A stretch of 64,000 nucleotides of DNA from Bdellovibrionota bacterium (GTDB lineage Bacteria; Bdellovibrionota_C; UBA2361; OMII01), in assembly GCA_040398075.1 (NCBI GenBank), contig JBBAUR010000011.1:9144-73143 (forward strand). Reading direction: 5' to 3'. The notes under the pieces are model-generated. The model searched no databases, was not told the DNA's origin, and saw nothing but the letters and a program-made list of their open reading frames with translations. How positions within the stretch are numbered: the stretch's first letter is position 1; every line of letters starts with the position of its first letter. A program made the position numbers and the translations under genes. Positions 47,555 through 57,195 of the stretch are shown piece by piece.

Positions 47555-47779
47555 ATGGCGAACGGAACAATTAAAAGACAGATAGAAGCGGCCTTGAGCC
47601 ACCCGGAGGCGGAGGACGGTCTGTATTTCAATAACCTCATCGTTGTTCACGAAGAGGAGGAGCGGCCGATCGTAGTAGGCGAAGAGGCGGAGATCAGGGC
47701 GGTACTCAACGAGATGATAAAAGAGGGGCGCATCGTCGTCACCAAATCAGCCAGCGAGCAGATCTACCGGCTGGCCTAA
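47555..47779 (+). CDS. hypothetical small acidic protein (74 aa)
   Basis: Open frame with a GAGG 8 nt upstream. The sequence is non-repetitive, with no recognised motif. Confidence 0.3.
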   Translation: MANGTIKRQIEAALSHPEAEDGLYFNNLIVVHEEEERPIVVGEEAEIRAVLNEMIKEGRIVVTKSASEQIYRLA

Positions 47780-47798
47780 CGCACCCCGCCGTACCTTA

Positions 47799-47844
47799 GT
47801 TTTGTGGTCAGGAGTTTCGTGGTCAGGAGTTTTGTGGTCAGGCG
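47799..47844. repeat. three tandem copies of a 15-nt unit (TTTYGTGGTCAGGAG) between convergent genes
   Basis: gttttgtggtcaggag / tttcgtggtcaggag / ttttgtggtcaggcg. The last copy overlaps the stop codon of the CBS gene on the minus strand. Confidence 0.8.
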
Positions 47845-48260
47845 TCCGGATAGGCCATCTTGAGCAGCTCGGCGTAATGCTTACATGCGTCGGTTGATGT
47901 CAAAATACCGACTAATTTTCCGTTTCGTGTGATTAATGTTGCACCGATACGCTCCTCAGCCATGTGAAACATGACGTGATCAAGCGGGGTATTGTATTCA
48001 ACCACGTAGGCCTCGAGGTTGCACACATCACCTACATGCAGGGGCTCCTCGCTCGCGGAGTTGCCAAGTACGGCGAATGCAAGTTTGAGGTCACGATCCG
48101 AGAGAATACCGACGAGTCTACCCTCGGAGGTCACCGGTAGATGCCGGACCCCCTGGCTCTCCATGACAGCGCGCGCTTCCTGCACAGAGCGGGATGCCTC
48201 TATCGTGTACGGAAACGGGGTCATCACTGAATCGACATGCGGCATCGGTTTCGTTATCAC
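47838..48260 (-). CDS. CBS-domain pair protein
   Basis: VMESQGVRHLPVTSEGRLVGILSDRDL and a second CBS repeat, LITRNGKLVGILTSTD. Confidence 0.7.
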   Translation of the reverse strand: MITKPMPHVDSVMTPFPYTIEASRSVQEARAVMESQGVRHLPVTSEGRLVGILSDRDLKLAFAVLGNSASEEPLHVGDVCNLEAYVVEYNTPLDHVMFHMAEERIGATLITRNGKLVGILTSTDACKHYAELLKMAYPDA

Positions 48261-48518
48261 AATACAGGTATCCTCGAATTCTTCTATTTTGTAGACCTAC
48301 GTGCGGTCCTTCGGCCATGCGAAGCGCCATACAGACGTTCCCACGGCCGCTCAAAAATACTCCTAACTGGTCGGTCTCGGAAGCAAAAATCTTGAGGGGT
48401 GATCGCTTCGGGTAGAGACACCGGTTTTAAGACGGTTATGAGCCAGAACAGGGGGTGCGTGATTTACTGTTCTCCACCGAGGGCAGTGTCGGGTCAGAAA
48501 AACGGCCTCTTCGCTGCG

Positions 48519-49178
48519 CTAGCGGGGGAAGACCAGGTCGTGGAGCTCACGATAGGAACGAACGATGTGCGTTGGGCGGGCCGCTTCGAGCAGCGCCACT
48601 GGAGAGTACTGATGGTTCTCTGACGGGCAGAAAGCTACCGTGGTCATCCCCGCCGCCTGTCCGGCGTGAATATCGATCGGCGAATCCCCCAGCATAATCG
48701 CATCCGACGGGGAGACCTCCATTAACTCCAGAGCTTTGTGGAGTGCCTCCGGATGCGGCTTTCCTCGCGGTACATGGTCTATAGCGATCACGGCGTGGAA
48801 GGAGTCGGAGATACCCCACCGGTTGAGAGCGATCGACACATGGCCGAAGCGCGAATTGGTCGCAACCCCCGCCTTCACGGCGGATGCCCTGAGTGCGCCT
48901 AGGGTATCGATGAAGCCTGGATAAGGCTCCACCTGCGACATGCGCTCTTTGACCCGAGTCCAAACAGATTCGCGGAAGGCCTCCGGGTCTGCAATGGCGA
49001 GCTCTTGCAGCACCTCTGGTGTCTTGCGTGAGAAACACATCTCGATCACCTCAGGAAGCTCTCGATGAGCCCCGAATTCCGCTAGGGCGCTCTGATAAGC
49101 AGTGGCCCAATGTGGCAGCGAACACCCGATTGTGCCGTCGAAGTCAAAGACTATCCCTTTTACACTTGGAGTATTCAT
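48519..49178 (-). CDS. HAD-superfamily hydrolase (subfamily IA, phosphoglycolate-phosphatase-like)
   Basis: GIVFDFDGTIG (motif I), AGVATNS (motif II), and MLGDSPIDIHAGQAAGM (motif IV). The start could be one of three in-frame ATGs between 49178 and 49220. Confidence 0.65.
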   Translation of the reverse strand: MNTPSVKGIVFDFDGTIGCSLPHWATAYQSALAEFGAHRELPEVIEMCFSRKTPEVLQELAIADPEAFRESVWTRVKERMSQVEPYPGFIDTLGALRASAVKAGVATNSRFGHVSIALNRWGISDSFHAVIAIDHVPRGKPHPEALHKALELMEVSPSDAIMLGDSPIDIHAGQAAGMTTVAFCPSENHQYSPVALLEAARPTHIVRSYRELHDLVFPR

Positions 49179-49256
49179 ACACTCGGAAGTATTGCACATA
49201 GGGCGGCACGAGCGCACCACTCGTGGTCACACCCTCTGCTGGGCTCGGTGGAGCTG

Positions 49257-50186
49257 TCAAGCGTTGGTCGGCTCGGGGAAGAGATTGGGGAGCGAGAGGT
49301 AGCGTTCTCCCGTATCGTAGCAGAAGGTCAAGACGGTCGCTCGGGGCGTGAGTTCTGGGAGCTTCTTGTGCACAGCTGCTAGTGATGCTCCTGAGGATAT
49401 GCCCAGGAATATCCCCTCCTCGCGGGCAGCTCGCTTGGCGAATGCGATGGCGTCCTCTGCATCCACCTGAATAACGCCATCGAGTATCCCAGTATCGAGG
49501 TTTTTAGGGACGAACCCCGCTCCGATCCCCTGGATCGGATGAGGCGAGGGCTGCCCCCCGCTGATGACTGGCGACGCAGTTGGCTCAACTGCAAAGACCT
49601 TCAAGCTGGGGAAACGCTCCTTGAGTACCCGCGCGCACCCGGTGATGTGGCCCCCGGTTCCGACGCCGGTAATCATGTAGTCGATCCCCTCCGGAAAAGC
49701 TTTCAGGATCTCCTCGGCGGTCGTGCGCGCGTGCACCTCGATATTGGCTGGATTCTCGAACTGCTGCGGCATCCAGCTCCCGGGGGTGCTCGCCAGAAGC
49801 TCGGTTGCTTTCTCGATAGCGCCACGCATGCCTTTCTCGCGGGGGGTCAGTATGAACTCAGCGCCATACGCAGCCATGATCTTGCGGCGCTCCACGGACA
49901 TCGACTCAGGCATCACCAAGATCAGGCGATATCCCTTCACAGCAGCAACCATCGCGAGGCCGATACCGGTGTTACCAGAGGTCGGTTCGATGATCGTTCC
50001 ACCCTTGTGGAGCTGACCACTCGCTTCGGCATCCGAGACCATTGCAAGGGCGATTCGATCCTTGATGCTGCCCCCCGGATTCGCGCGCTCCAGCTTGATC
50101 CAGATGGCACACGAGGTGTCGTAGAGCCTGTTTATCCTGACGTGAGGTGTGCCTCCGATGGTGTCGAGAATGGTGTGAGCTTTCAT
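49257..50186 (-). CDS. cysK: cysteine synthase A (O-acetylserine sulfhydrylase)
   Basis: [16 protein letters not shown]...[15 protein letters not shown]...[18 protein letters not shown]. Confidence 0.9.
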   Translation of the reverse strand: MKAHTILDTIGGTPHVRINRLYDTSCAIWIKLERANPGGSIKDRIALAMVSDAEASGQLHKGGTIIEPTSGNTGIGLAMVAAVKGYRLILVMPESMSVERRKIMAAYGAEFILTPREKGMRGAIEKATELLASTPGSWMPQQFENPANIEVHARTTAEEILKAFPEGIDYMITGVGTGGHITGCARVLKERFPSLKVFAVEPTASPVISGGQPSPHPIQGIGAGFVPKNLDTGILDGVIQVDAEDAIAFAKRAAREEGIFLGISSGASLAAVHKKLPELTPRATVLTFCYDTGERYLSLPNLFPEPTNA

Positions 50187-50209
50187 GCCTACTCCCCTTG
50201 GAAGAATGT

Positions 50210-51514
50210 CTACTTACATGCGTCGAGCGCAGCTTCGAGGTCGCGTATGATGTCGTCTGCATGCTCGATCCCGACAGCGAGGCGTATTCCTCCGGGATCG
50301 AAGCCACGTGCGAGCTGCTCTTCTGCCGAATAGGCTGCATGAGTCATGGAGCCCGGGTGCTCGATCAAGGTACGGATCTGCCCCAGGCTGACTGCGAGTG
50401 TCACAGCATAGGCATTGTCTGCTATGAAATCCATCATGCGGTTACCCCTCAAACGGGATTCCTCGGGCGTACCGCCTTTGAGCACGAAGTACACCATGAA
50501 CCCCGGAGCGAAATCGCCGTAGTAGTCGATCATCTGCTTTCGAGCCAGGTTGTACTGCGGGAAGCTCGAGAGGCCCGGATACTTCACCGTCTCGACCAGC
50601 GGGTGACCTTCGAGAAACTTCGAAACGTGGTATGCATTGTCTTGCTGCTTCGGGATCCTGATGGAGAGCGTCGGCAGCCCATGCGCCAAGATACTCCAGG
50701 CCGTCGAGGGAGCAAGGCTACCGCCGAAGTCCTTTCGGAGCATCACGAGTTTGTTGTAGAACTCTTGGCGAGTAACGACCGCGCCGCCCATCTCTATACC
50801 GAATCCGGAGATCCCCTTGGTCAAGCTGTGAACCACCACATCTATCCCCATCGTAATGGGACGTTGAGCCCAGGGGGTGCAAAAGGTATTGTCGATGATC
50901 GATATGATGCGCCTTTCCGGAGGTCGCTGGCGATTGATCCGCTCGACAGTTTCAGCCACCGCGCGGATATCGACGAGCTCGAGGCTCGGATTTACAGGGC
51001 TTTCGATGTAGACGACTCGTGTGTCGTCGTTTACGAGCGGCTCGAGAGCCTTCCCGTCCCGTAAATCAGCAAAATGAGTTTTGATAGAGAAATTCGGCAG
51101 CCACTGCGACAAAAGACTGTAGGTGCAACCGTACAGCGTGCGGTGAGCGATGATCTCGGATTTGGGGTTGAGAGCAAAGGTGAGGGCGGCATGAACGGCG
51201 GCCATGCCCGTGGCGTAGGTCACGGCACACTCACCTTGCTCAGCCAGAGCAAGCGCCTGCTGCAACATGTCGTTGTTGGGATCGCCGAGCCGATCGTAGA
51301 CGTAAATAGGGTCGTGCCCATTCGGACCTCGAAAGCGGCCTACGTCTTCGAACCCTTGAGCTCCACGTCGGGTGGATTCTAATCGAAATGTGCTCGAGGC
51401 TGTTATGGGCGGGACGACTTGAAATTTGTAGTCCCAGGTAGAGGTGAACGACTCACCGTATATGAGTCGCGTCGGAACTGCATACTTTCTCTCTTCAAGT
51501 TTTTTGAGCGCCAT
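50210..51514 (-). CDS. metY: PLP-dependent trans-sulfuration enzyme, O-acetylhomoserine sulfhydrylase-like
   Basis: Cys/Met-metabolism PLP enzyme family pattern: YGESFTSTW...[12 protein letters not shown]..., a central PLP-binding region ([10 protein letters not shown]), and a length of about 434 aa. Confidence 0.65.
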   Translation of the reverse strand: MALKKLEERKYAVPTRLIYGESFTSTWDYKFQVVPPITASSTFRLESTRRGAQGFEDVGRFRGPNGHDPIYVYDRLGDPNNDMLQQALALAEQGECAVTYATGMAAVHAALTFALNPKSEIIAHRTLYGCTYSLLSQWLPNFSIKTHFADLRDGKALEPLVNDDTRVVYIESPVNPSLELVDIRAVAETVERINRQRPPERRIISIIDNTFCTPWAQRPITMGIDVVVHSLTKGISGFGIEMGGAVVTRQEFYNKLVMLRKDFGGSLAPSTAWSILAHGLPTLSIRIPKQQDNAYHVSKFLEGHPLVETVKYPGLSSFPQYNLARKQMIDYYGDFAPGFMVYFVLKGGTPEESRLRGNRMMDFIADNAYAVTLAVSLGQIRTLIEHPGSMTHAAYSAEEQLARGFDPGGIRLAVGIEHADDIIRDLEAALDACK

Positions 51515-51579
51515 AGAATCCCCCGCCACAACACCATTGCACCTCAGGGTGCCGTACACAAGTTCGGATTAACGCTGAT

Positions 51580-52458
51580 TTATTGAGTCCGCTGTCGGGC
51601 GACCTCGTAGAGTAAGATAGAGGCTGCGCAGCTCACATTGATAGAGGACAGGGCCCCGCCTGTGGGAATTTTGACCACGACGTCACAGATATCCCAATAG
51701 CCCTGCGCCATCCCAACGGTCTCGTTTCCGAGAACCAGCACCGTTGGTCTCGTCATGTCGACATCGAAGATATCCTGTTCGGCCTTACCACTGCTTCCAA
51801 TCACCTGATAGGGGTATCCGCACGAGCGTGCGTGGTCCACCCACTCTTTGACCTCCTTGCAGGAGGGCGCCGTTGTAACTGGAAGGGTGAAAAGCGCACC
51901 CATACTTCCGCGTACAACGTGTGGGTCGTAGATGTCGACTGCGTGGCCCGTGATGATGATTCCATTTGCGCCAAAGGCGTCGGCGGAGCGTATAGAGGAG
52001 CCTAAATTACCGGGGCTGCTGGGGCGATCAAAAACTACCACGAGCCCATGAGGTTGTGGTGAGATTGCAGAAGGCGTCTGCACCCGCGCGTCGAGAATAG
52101 CCATCATCTCTGAGGTCTCTTCTTTGTCGCTCAATTCCGCCAGTAGCTGAGGAGCAACTTCCCAGTGGCTCTCTGCGATACCCTTCGAGAGGAGCTCTTT
52201 GGCCCAGCTCGATAGAGTGCGACCGGCTGGATAGAGGAACGCGGAGACCGACCAGCCGAACTGCACCGCTAAATTTATCTGTGCAACCCCCTCCACCAAG
52301 ATCTGACCGTAGCGGGTACGCTTCGTGCGGTTGGTCTTGATCACCTCGGCTCTCTGAAAGTTGTTATCACGTGTGCGAACTCGGATCAGAGTGGGAGAGG
52401 GGCGCTTGCCAGCGTGTTTGCTAGAGTTGGTACGGGCAGGACGATTCATAGGCTCCAC
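51580..52458 (-). CDS. TrmH/SpoU-family RNA 2'-O-methyltransferase
   Basis: LVVVFDRPSSPGNLGSSIRSADAFGANGIIITG and a C-terminal SpoU motif (KIPTGGALSSINVSCAASILLYE). Confidence 0.7.
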   Translation of the reverse strand: MEPMNRPARTNSSKHAGKRPSPTLIRVRTRDNNFQRAEVIKTNRTKRTRYGQILVEGVAQINLAVQFGWSVSAFLYPAGRTLSSWAKELLSKGIAESHWEVAPQLLAELSDKEETSEMMAILDARVQTPSAISPQPHGLVVVFDRPSSPGNLGSSIRSADAFGANGIIITGHAVDIYDPHVVRGSMGALFTLPVTTAPSCKEVKEWVDHARSCGYPYQVIGSSGKAEQDIFDVDMTRPTVLVLGNETVGMAQGYWDICDVVVKIPTGGALSSINVSCAASILLYEVARQRTQ

Positions 52459-52661
52459 TCATGTAGGCTTGTATTGAGAGAAGGGAGATAGTACCGGCCC
52501 TTTGGGCGCATGCAAGTTGATAATTTCCGCTTAAGTTCCAAAAAGCGTTAGCGAAAATGCCTAAAAATCGGATTGAAGCCCGCTTCGGCTGTGTCGCTGT
52601 ATTGCCTGATAAAACAGGCGATGGCGTTTCGAAAGTTTTTTCGTATTCGCCGCAATCGCTT

Positions 52662-52691
52662 TTGACAGACTTACATCATACTGATTATAAG
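52662..52691 (+). promoter_or_regulatory. candidate sigma70-type promoter upstream of the ihf/hup gene
   Basis: TTGACA (52662-52667), a 17-18 nt spacer, then TATAAG/TTATAA (52685-52691), in an AT-rich leader about 140 nt upstream of the GTG start at 52831. Confidence 0.35.
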
Positions 52692-52830
52692 ATTTATAAC
52701 TCCTGTGTTGTTAGGTGGTTAGGACAAGGAGTGTGGAAACGGTGTGATCGCCAGACGCCGAACACTGACAAGGGCTCTGGCGATTCGAACAGCTTGCTGC
52801 ATTAAGCGCTACTTGAACTTAGGGGTGCAC

Positions 52831-53157
52831 GTGAATAAGTCAGAACTGATAGAGAAACTCGCTCAACGGACACAGATCAACGTCATTCAAGCGGAAGAGG
52901 TCGTGAACCTCATTTATCGTAAAATGCGCGATACACTCATCAGCGGTGGGCGCATAGAGATCCGCGGATTCGGGAGTTTTGTAGTCAAGGAGTATGGCGC
53001 GTACGAGGGTCGTAACCCGAAGACCGGTGAGAAGATACCGGTGCCGCCCAAGAAGCTTCCGTTTTTCAAGGTGGGTAAGGAGCTCAAGGAGCGCATCGAT
53101 AACCTGGCAGACGCAGCCGAGGCTTCGAGGCAGCAGGCAGGGAACAGTCAAAAGTAG
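52831..53157 (+). CDS. HU/IHF-family DNA-binding protein (IHF-beta-like)
   Basis: A GTG start gives MNKSELIEKLAQRTQINVIQAEEVVNLIYRKM...RIEIRGFGSFVVKEYGAYEGRNPKTGEKIPVPPKKLPFFKVGKELKERI, the classic HU/IHF fold sequence. Confidence 0.8.
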   Translation: MNKSELIEKLAQRTQINVIQAEEVVNLIYRKMRDTLISGGRIEIRGFGSFVVKEYGAYEGRNPKTGEKIPVPPKKLPFFKVGKELKERIDNLADAAEASRQQAGNSQK

Positions 53158-53254
53158 TGCGAAAGCGGTACGTGAATCGTTAAAGTTTTGAGTCGAAGAT
53201 GTCGTAGTAGAGGGTATCGGGAAGCCCTGATAGTCAGGTTAGGATAAGAAAAGT

Positions 53255-53638
53255 ATGTCAATAGATTGGTTAATGGAATTGGAACGCGCGCTTGAGAACG
53301 GCAAAGATGTGTTCGCATGTCCGAGCGTGGGGCGGAGCAGCTGGCAGATCTCTAAGTCGGTCGACGAGCTCCGGAAGATCGCTCAGAAGGCCGCCGATAT
53401 GAAAAAGATATCGGTCAACATCGTGCGCTTGGTGCCGAAGCAGGACGCAACAGCAGGTGATCTCTTCCTCGTGCCGACCGGCATAGACGAGACAGGGCCT
53501 CGTGGCGAGCCGAACATTCGGTGGTCGACGGTGGAGACGAGAGAGGCGGCAGAGATGATGCGCGATGTTCGACACGGACCGTGCCCCTTCTTTGCTATGC
53601 AGGTGGAAGAAGTGATTGAATCCACCAAGTCGGTCTAG
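53255..53638 (+). CDS. hypothetical protein (127 aa)
   Basis: Open frame with AGGA about 12 nt upstream and a globular-looking composition. No motif recognised. Confidence 0.35.
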   Translation: MSIDWLMELERALENGKDVFACPSVGRSSWQISKSVDELRKIAQKAADMKKISVNIVRLVPKQDATAGDLFLVPTGIDETGPRGEPNIRWSTVETREAAEMMRDVRHGPCPFFAMQVEEVIESTKSV

Positions 53639-54439
53639 CCGATGTTGTCGCACAGCGGAAGTGGTGCTGGTCGCGATGGACGTGAGCTGAGTCTCCATGC
53701 AAAGGTGCAGGTAGACTCAGTGCTCTCGTCCCGTTACGAACAGAGCCCGCAACAAGGTGCTCCTGGTTCGCGCCCGCCTGGATGGGACGAGCGGCGTGAA
53801 GGTCTCGATACTGTTCAAACTAGTAGCGGAGAGGTCCTACGGCTCTTCAGCACAGGTGCCCAGTCGGTACCCAAACCGGGGTGGGTGATCGTCATTACGG
53901 GTGGAAGCTTCGAGGAAGGCTACACCTGGACCCTGTACGGCATCCCGCGAGCCCACTAATTTCTGGCTCTTCCGAGTTCGAATTGATTGGGGAAAGAAGA
54001 TCCGCCCAACACGACCACATCTTTTCCTAATACGGACATCTGTCGAGGGTAGAAGGCCCATCAGATACTAAGCGGGCAGCAACAGGCGACAGTCCCTTCG
54101 ACGCGCTTGTTGTATCCTAGAGCAATGGGGTGTCGATCTAAGCACCTGTGTTTTCCCTTTCCCTGTGACATTTTTGAAAGAGGAGGAACAAGATGCCCTG
54201 CTACGAACTCCTTTGGAGCACAACAAGCTGTTGATCGGGTGGTAGGGCTAAACTGCGAGTTAATCCCCAGAAAGCGTTGATTTTCCATCCGCTATTCAAA
54301 AAGCTGCATAGCTTAGCCCCCTTGTGCGCATCTGAAAGAGGAGAAGTATGCGGGTTGATCTTTTTCGCTTCGGGCCCGTGTCTGGTGTGAGGTATACTCA
54401 AAAGAGGTTTTTTGAAGGTTACGAGGAGCAGAGCAGGTT

Positions 54440-54631
54440 ATGGATCAACGCCAAACAAGTGGTTGTACACAGGAAAACGTCACCGTCGAGACCACCATCG
54501 GTGATCTCATCGAGGCCATCACCGAGATAGCGCTCGAGGCCGGTAAGACTGAGCAGGAAGGATACCGCTTAGCTTCTTTCACAATCGAAAAGATCCTTCG
54601 TGATAAGCGGCGCAAAGAGCTTGAGGCTTGA
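54440..54631 (+). CDS. hypothetical small acidic helical protein (63 aa)
   Basis: Open frame with GAGGAG about 15 nt upstream. Weak call. An overlapping frame starting at 54348 has a better RBS but a basic, low-complexity product. Confidence 0.2.
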   Translation: MDQRQTSGCTQENVTVETTIGDLIEAITEIALEAGKTEQEGYRLASFTIEKILRDKRRKELEA

Positions 54632-54671
54632 TAAACCCAGCCTCATTCATTTTTGAAAAAAATGAGTGAGC

Positions 54672-54784
54672 ATAGCTGAGAGAGCGCAATCTTGAAGGGC
54701 CCGAGTTGCGCCGTAGGAGACAACAAACTCCTATACGCCGAGCGTGAAAATTTCAGGGTCATGAGAGACTATAGCTCTTAAAAG
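54672..54784 (+). repeat. short repeat family R3, copy 2
   Basis: Aligns to 15515-15642 (see copy 1). Confidence 0.7.
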
Positions 54785-54835
54785 GCTGCGGAAAAATGCT
54801 CTTCTGCTGCGAAATCCGATCTTTCGGCGCTAGCC

Positions 54836-54934
54836 GAAGATGAGAGCGCGAAAAAATCCTCAATGTATCGCAGACTTCGGCGAGCTGTAGTCGAGTCGTG
54901 GATACACCTGCGGTTTTTTCGCGCTCTCATCTTC
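54836..54934. repeat. perfect 21-bp inverted repeat (GAAGATGAGAGCGCGAAAAAA / TTTTTTCGCGCTCTCATCTTC) separated by 57 nt
   Basis: Read directly. The region 54800-54870 also resembles the interior of R2 (gcgcgaaaaaatcctcaat versus acgcgaaaaacctcaat). Confidence 0.8.
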
Positions 54935-55183
54935 ACCCATCACCAAAACCTCGAATTTCTCGCTACGAAGCCATCTTTTCGCAGCCTGTTAAAGCGATAC
55001 TGCTTGATGTTCGCGAAGAAGTTCGAGAGTCGCGCCCTTGAAAGCAGCAAAACTCTCATAATGACGAAATCAAGTCGGCCCAGGAGATGCCGCAACCTAC
55101 TAAGGCTATACGTGACCTTATATGTTGCCTGAATGTGCTCCCTGATTGAAGAAACCTTTTGGTAGAGCGTTTCCTTCAAGTGT

Positions 55184-55966
55184 TTAAGCCGCGTCCGTCA
55201 TCAGCCGGATGACCGGTTGCTCGGCGAACAGGGGCTCTCCGCTGAATCCGAGCTTGGAGTACTGCTGCAATCCCCAGCACATGTCGCAGAGATAGTGCCG
55301 TCCGATCAGATCAGAGTCGTGGTAGAGCGCTTCGAGCGGCAAGCCGAGCGAAAGCGTCGATGATGCGTACAGAAACTCCGGCGTACACTGCCCTCTGTCC
55401 GGAGCAAGTCCCAAGGGTGTGCCGATTGCGTGAACAGGGATCGCCGACTCGTTCATGAATTCAATTACCTGCCGAGCCCACGGCACGCTAGCCTCCCCAG
55501 CATCGCTCAATCCGCAGACTACATTGTGGCACCCCTCGATCCTTTCGACGACTTCGGCACAGCTCTGCGGGGTAGGCCATTCGTATACGTGACCGCCCAG
55601 CTTTGCGACGGTGGAAACTAAGCGCTGCATTGGATCGCTCACGGTATCTGACCCGGGAACCAGAATCAGGCTTACGGATGATCCGCCGTTGAGGAGGTGG
55701 CGCGCGCACGCTACGCTTACCCAGCCGAAGAAGGAGTCACTCGCTAGCACGGTGACCGCGGCACCTAGCGACGACAGACCGAGAGCAAAGCGGATGACCA
55801 TGGCAGATGAGAACCCGCAAGCCTCCACCATTTGAAGGGGGCTCAATCCACAACTATCGAGGTACTGAACCGTGTGTGACCATGTCTTCCATGAGCATGC
55901 AGGAACGACCGTACCGGTCGGGGCTTTGAATGAGATAGCTTTAGTGAGCGCTGCAGTGCTGACCAT
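55184..55966 (-). CDS. YjeF_N-like (NAD(P)H-hydrate epimerase fold) protein lacking the GNNGGDG motif
   Basis: The architecture parallels the YjeF N-terminal domain (…AAVTVLASDSFFGWVSVACARHLL… versus …fLVLCGgGNNGGDGfVvARhL…, and later HNVVCGLSDAGE and VHAIGTPLGL blocks), but the Gly-rich catalytic loop is replaced. Confidence 0.35.
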   Translation of the reverse strand: MVSTAALTKAISFKAPTGTVVPACSWKTWSHTVQYLDSCGLSPLQMVEACGFSSAMVIRFALGLSSLGAAVTVLASDSFFGWVSVACARHLLNGGSSVSLILVPGSDTVSDPMQRLVSTVAKLGGHVYEWPTPQSCAEVVERIEGCHNVVCGLSDAGEASVPWARQVIEFMNESAIPVHAIGTPLGLAPDRGQCTPEFLYASSTLSLGLPLEALYHDSDLIGRHYLCDMCWGLQQYSKLGFSGEPLFAEQPVIRLMTDAA

Positions 55967-56162
55967 ATTGACCTTCCGTGGACCGGGAGCAAGGGAGCCC
56001 CCTCTACTACCAACTGACGGCTATAATCGACCAATAGTCGCTCGAGCTTGTCGTTTTGGAGCCAAAAACAGGGCTCCTCCCTTGCTTCACAGTTGGGCGT
56101 CTGGCAGCTTACGGAGACCTACACCGGCAGCCCAGAGAACGGGTGGGAAGTGGTACTAACAG

Positions 56163-57176
56163 GTGAAAACTATGAAGCAAGATCCAGTAATCGCGATAGC
56201 CGGGGCCACTGGGCTGGTGGGCAATGAGATGTTGGTGGTACTCGAGGAGCGAGGGATAAAGTGCTCGGAGCTGCGCTTGTTTGCATCGCGGGATTCGGTC
56301 GGTGAGGTCTACAAGTTCCACGACGAGGAGGTGGAGGTTCAGGAGCTAACGGAGGAGGGGTTCGAGGGGGTCGATATAGCTCTGTTTGCTACCTCGGCGG
56401 AGCTCTCCGAGAGGTTCGTGCCCAAAGCGGTTGAGGCCGGGGCGGTAGTGATCGACAACTCTTCGCATTTCCGCATGAATCCCGCCGTCCCATTGGTGGT
56501 ACCTGAGGTGAATTTCAGCGCTATTCGCCAGGCAGAGGACCGCATCATCGCCAATCCCAACTGCTCTACGATTCAGCTCGTACCTGTTCTCAAAGTGGTT
56601 GATGAATTGGCCGGGTTGAAGCACGTGGTGGTGTCCACGTACCAGTCGGTATCTGGTGCTGGTAAGAGTGCGTTGGACGAATTGTGGGGACAGTCACTGG
56701 CGATTTTCAACCAACAAGAGCTTCCGCAGGAAGCGTTTCAGCATCAGATCGCTTTCAACTGTATCCCGCAGATCGACATCTTCCTCGAAAACGGATTCAC
56801 CAAAGAGGAGTACAAGATCATCAACGAGAGTCGAAAGATACTCGGTATGCCGAATTTGCGTATCACGGCGACAGCGGTGCGGGTGCCCGTGTTTTATTCG
56901 CACGCCGAGAGTGTGTTCATCGAAACAGAGCGACCAATCTCTCCGGAATCACTCGTGCAAAAGCTCAGCGCTACTGAGGGGGTGGAGGTCTATCCATCGA
57001 ACGAAGAGTACCCGATGCAGCTCGATGTCACCGGTTCCGATACGGTCCACGTCGGACGTATCCGAAAGGACGAGTCGGTATCCAACGGCATCTCGCTCTG
57101 GATCGTTGCCGACAACGTCCGTAAAGGGGCTGCAGTCAACGCAGTGCAGATCGCCGAGCGGCTGCTTTCGCACTAA
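56163..57176 (+). CDS. asd: aspartate-semialdehyde dehydrogenase
   Basis: VIAIAGATGLVGNEML (NAD-binding), the NPNCSTIQLV active-site Cys motif, and a 337-aa length. Confidence 0.9.
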   Translation: MKTMKQDPVIAIAGATGLVGNEMLVVLEERGIKCSELRLFASRDSVGEVYKFHDEEVEVQELTEEGFEGVDIALFATSAELSERFVPKAVEAGAVVIDNSSHFRMNPAVPLVVPEVNFSAIRQAEDRIIANPNCSTIQLVPVLKVVDELAGLKHVVVSTYQSVSGAGKSALDELWGQSLAIFNQQELPQEAFQHQIAFNCIPQIDIFLENGFTKEEYKIINESRKILGMPNLRITATAVRVPVFYSHAESVFIETERPISPESLVQKLSATEGVEVYPSNEEYPMQLDVTGSDTVHVGRIRKDESVSNGISLWIVADNVRKGAAVNAVQIAERLLSH

Positions 57177-57195
57177 ATTTTCGGAGGCCTTCAAC

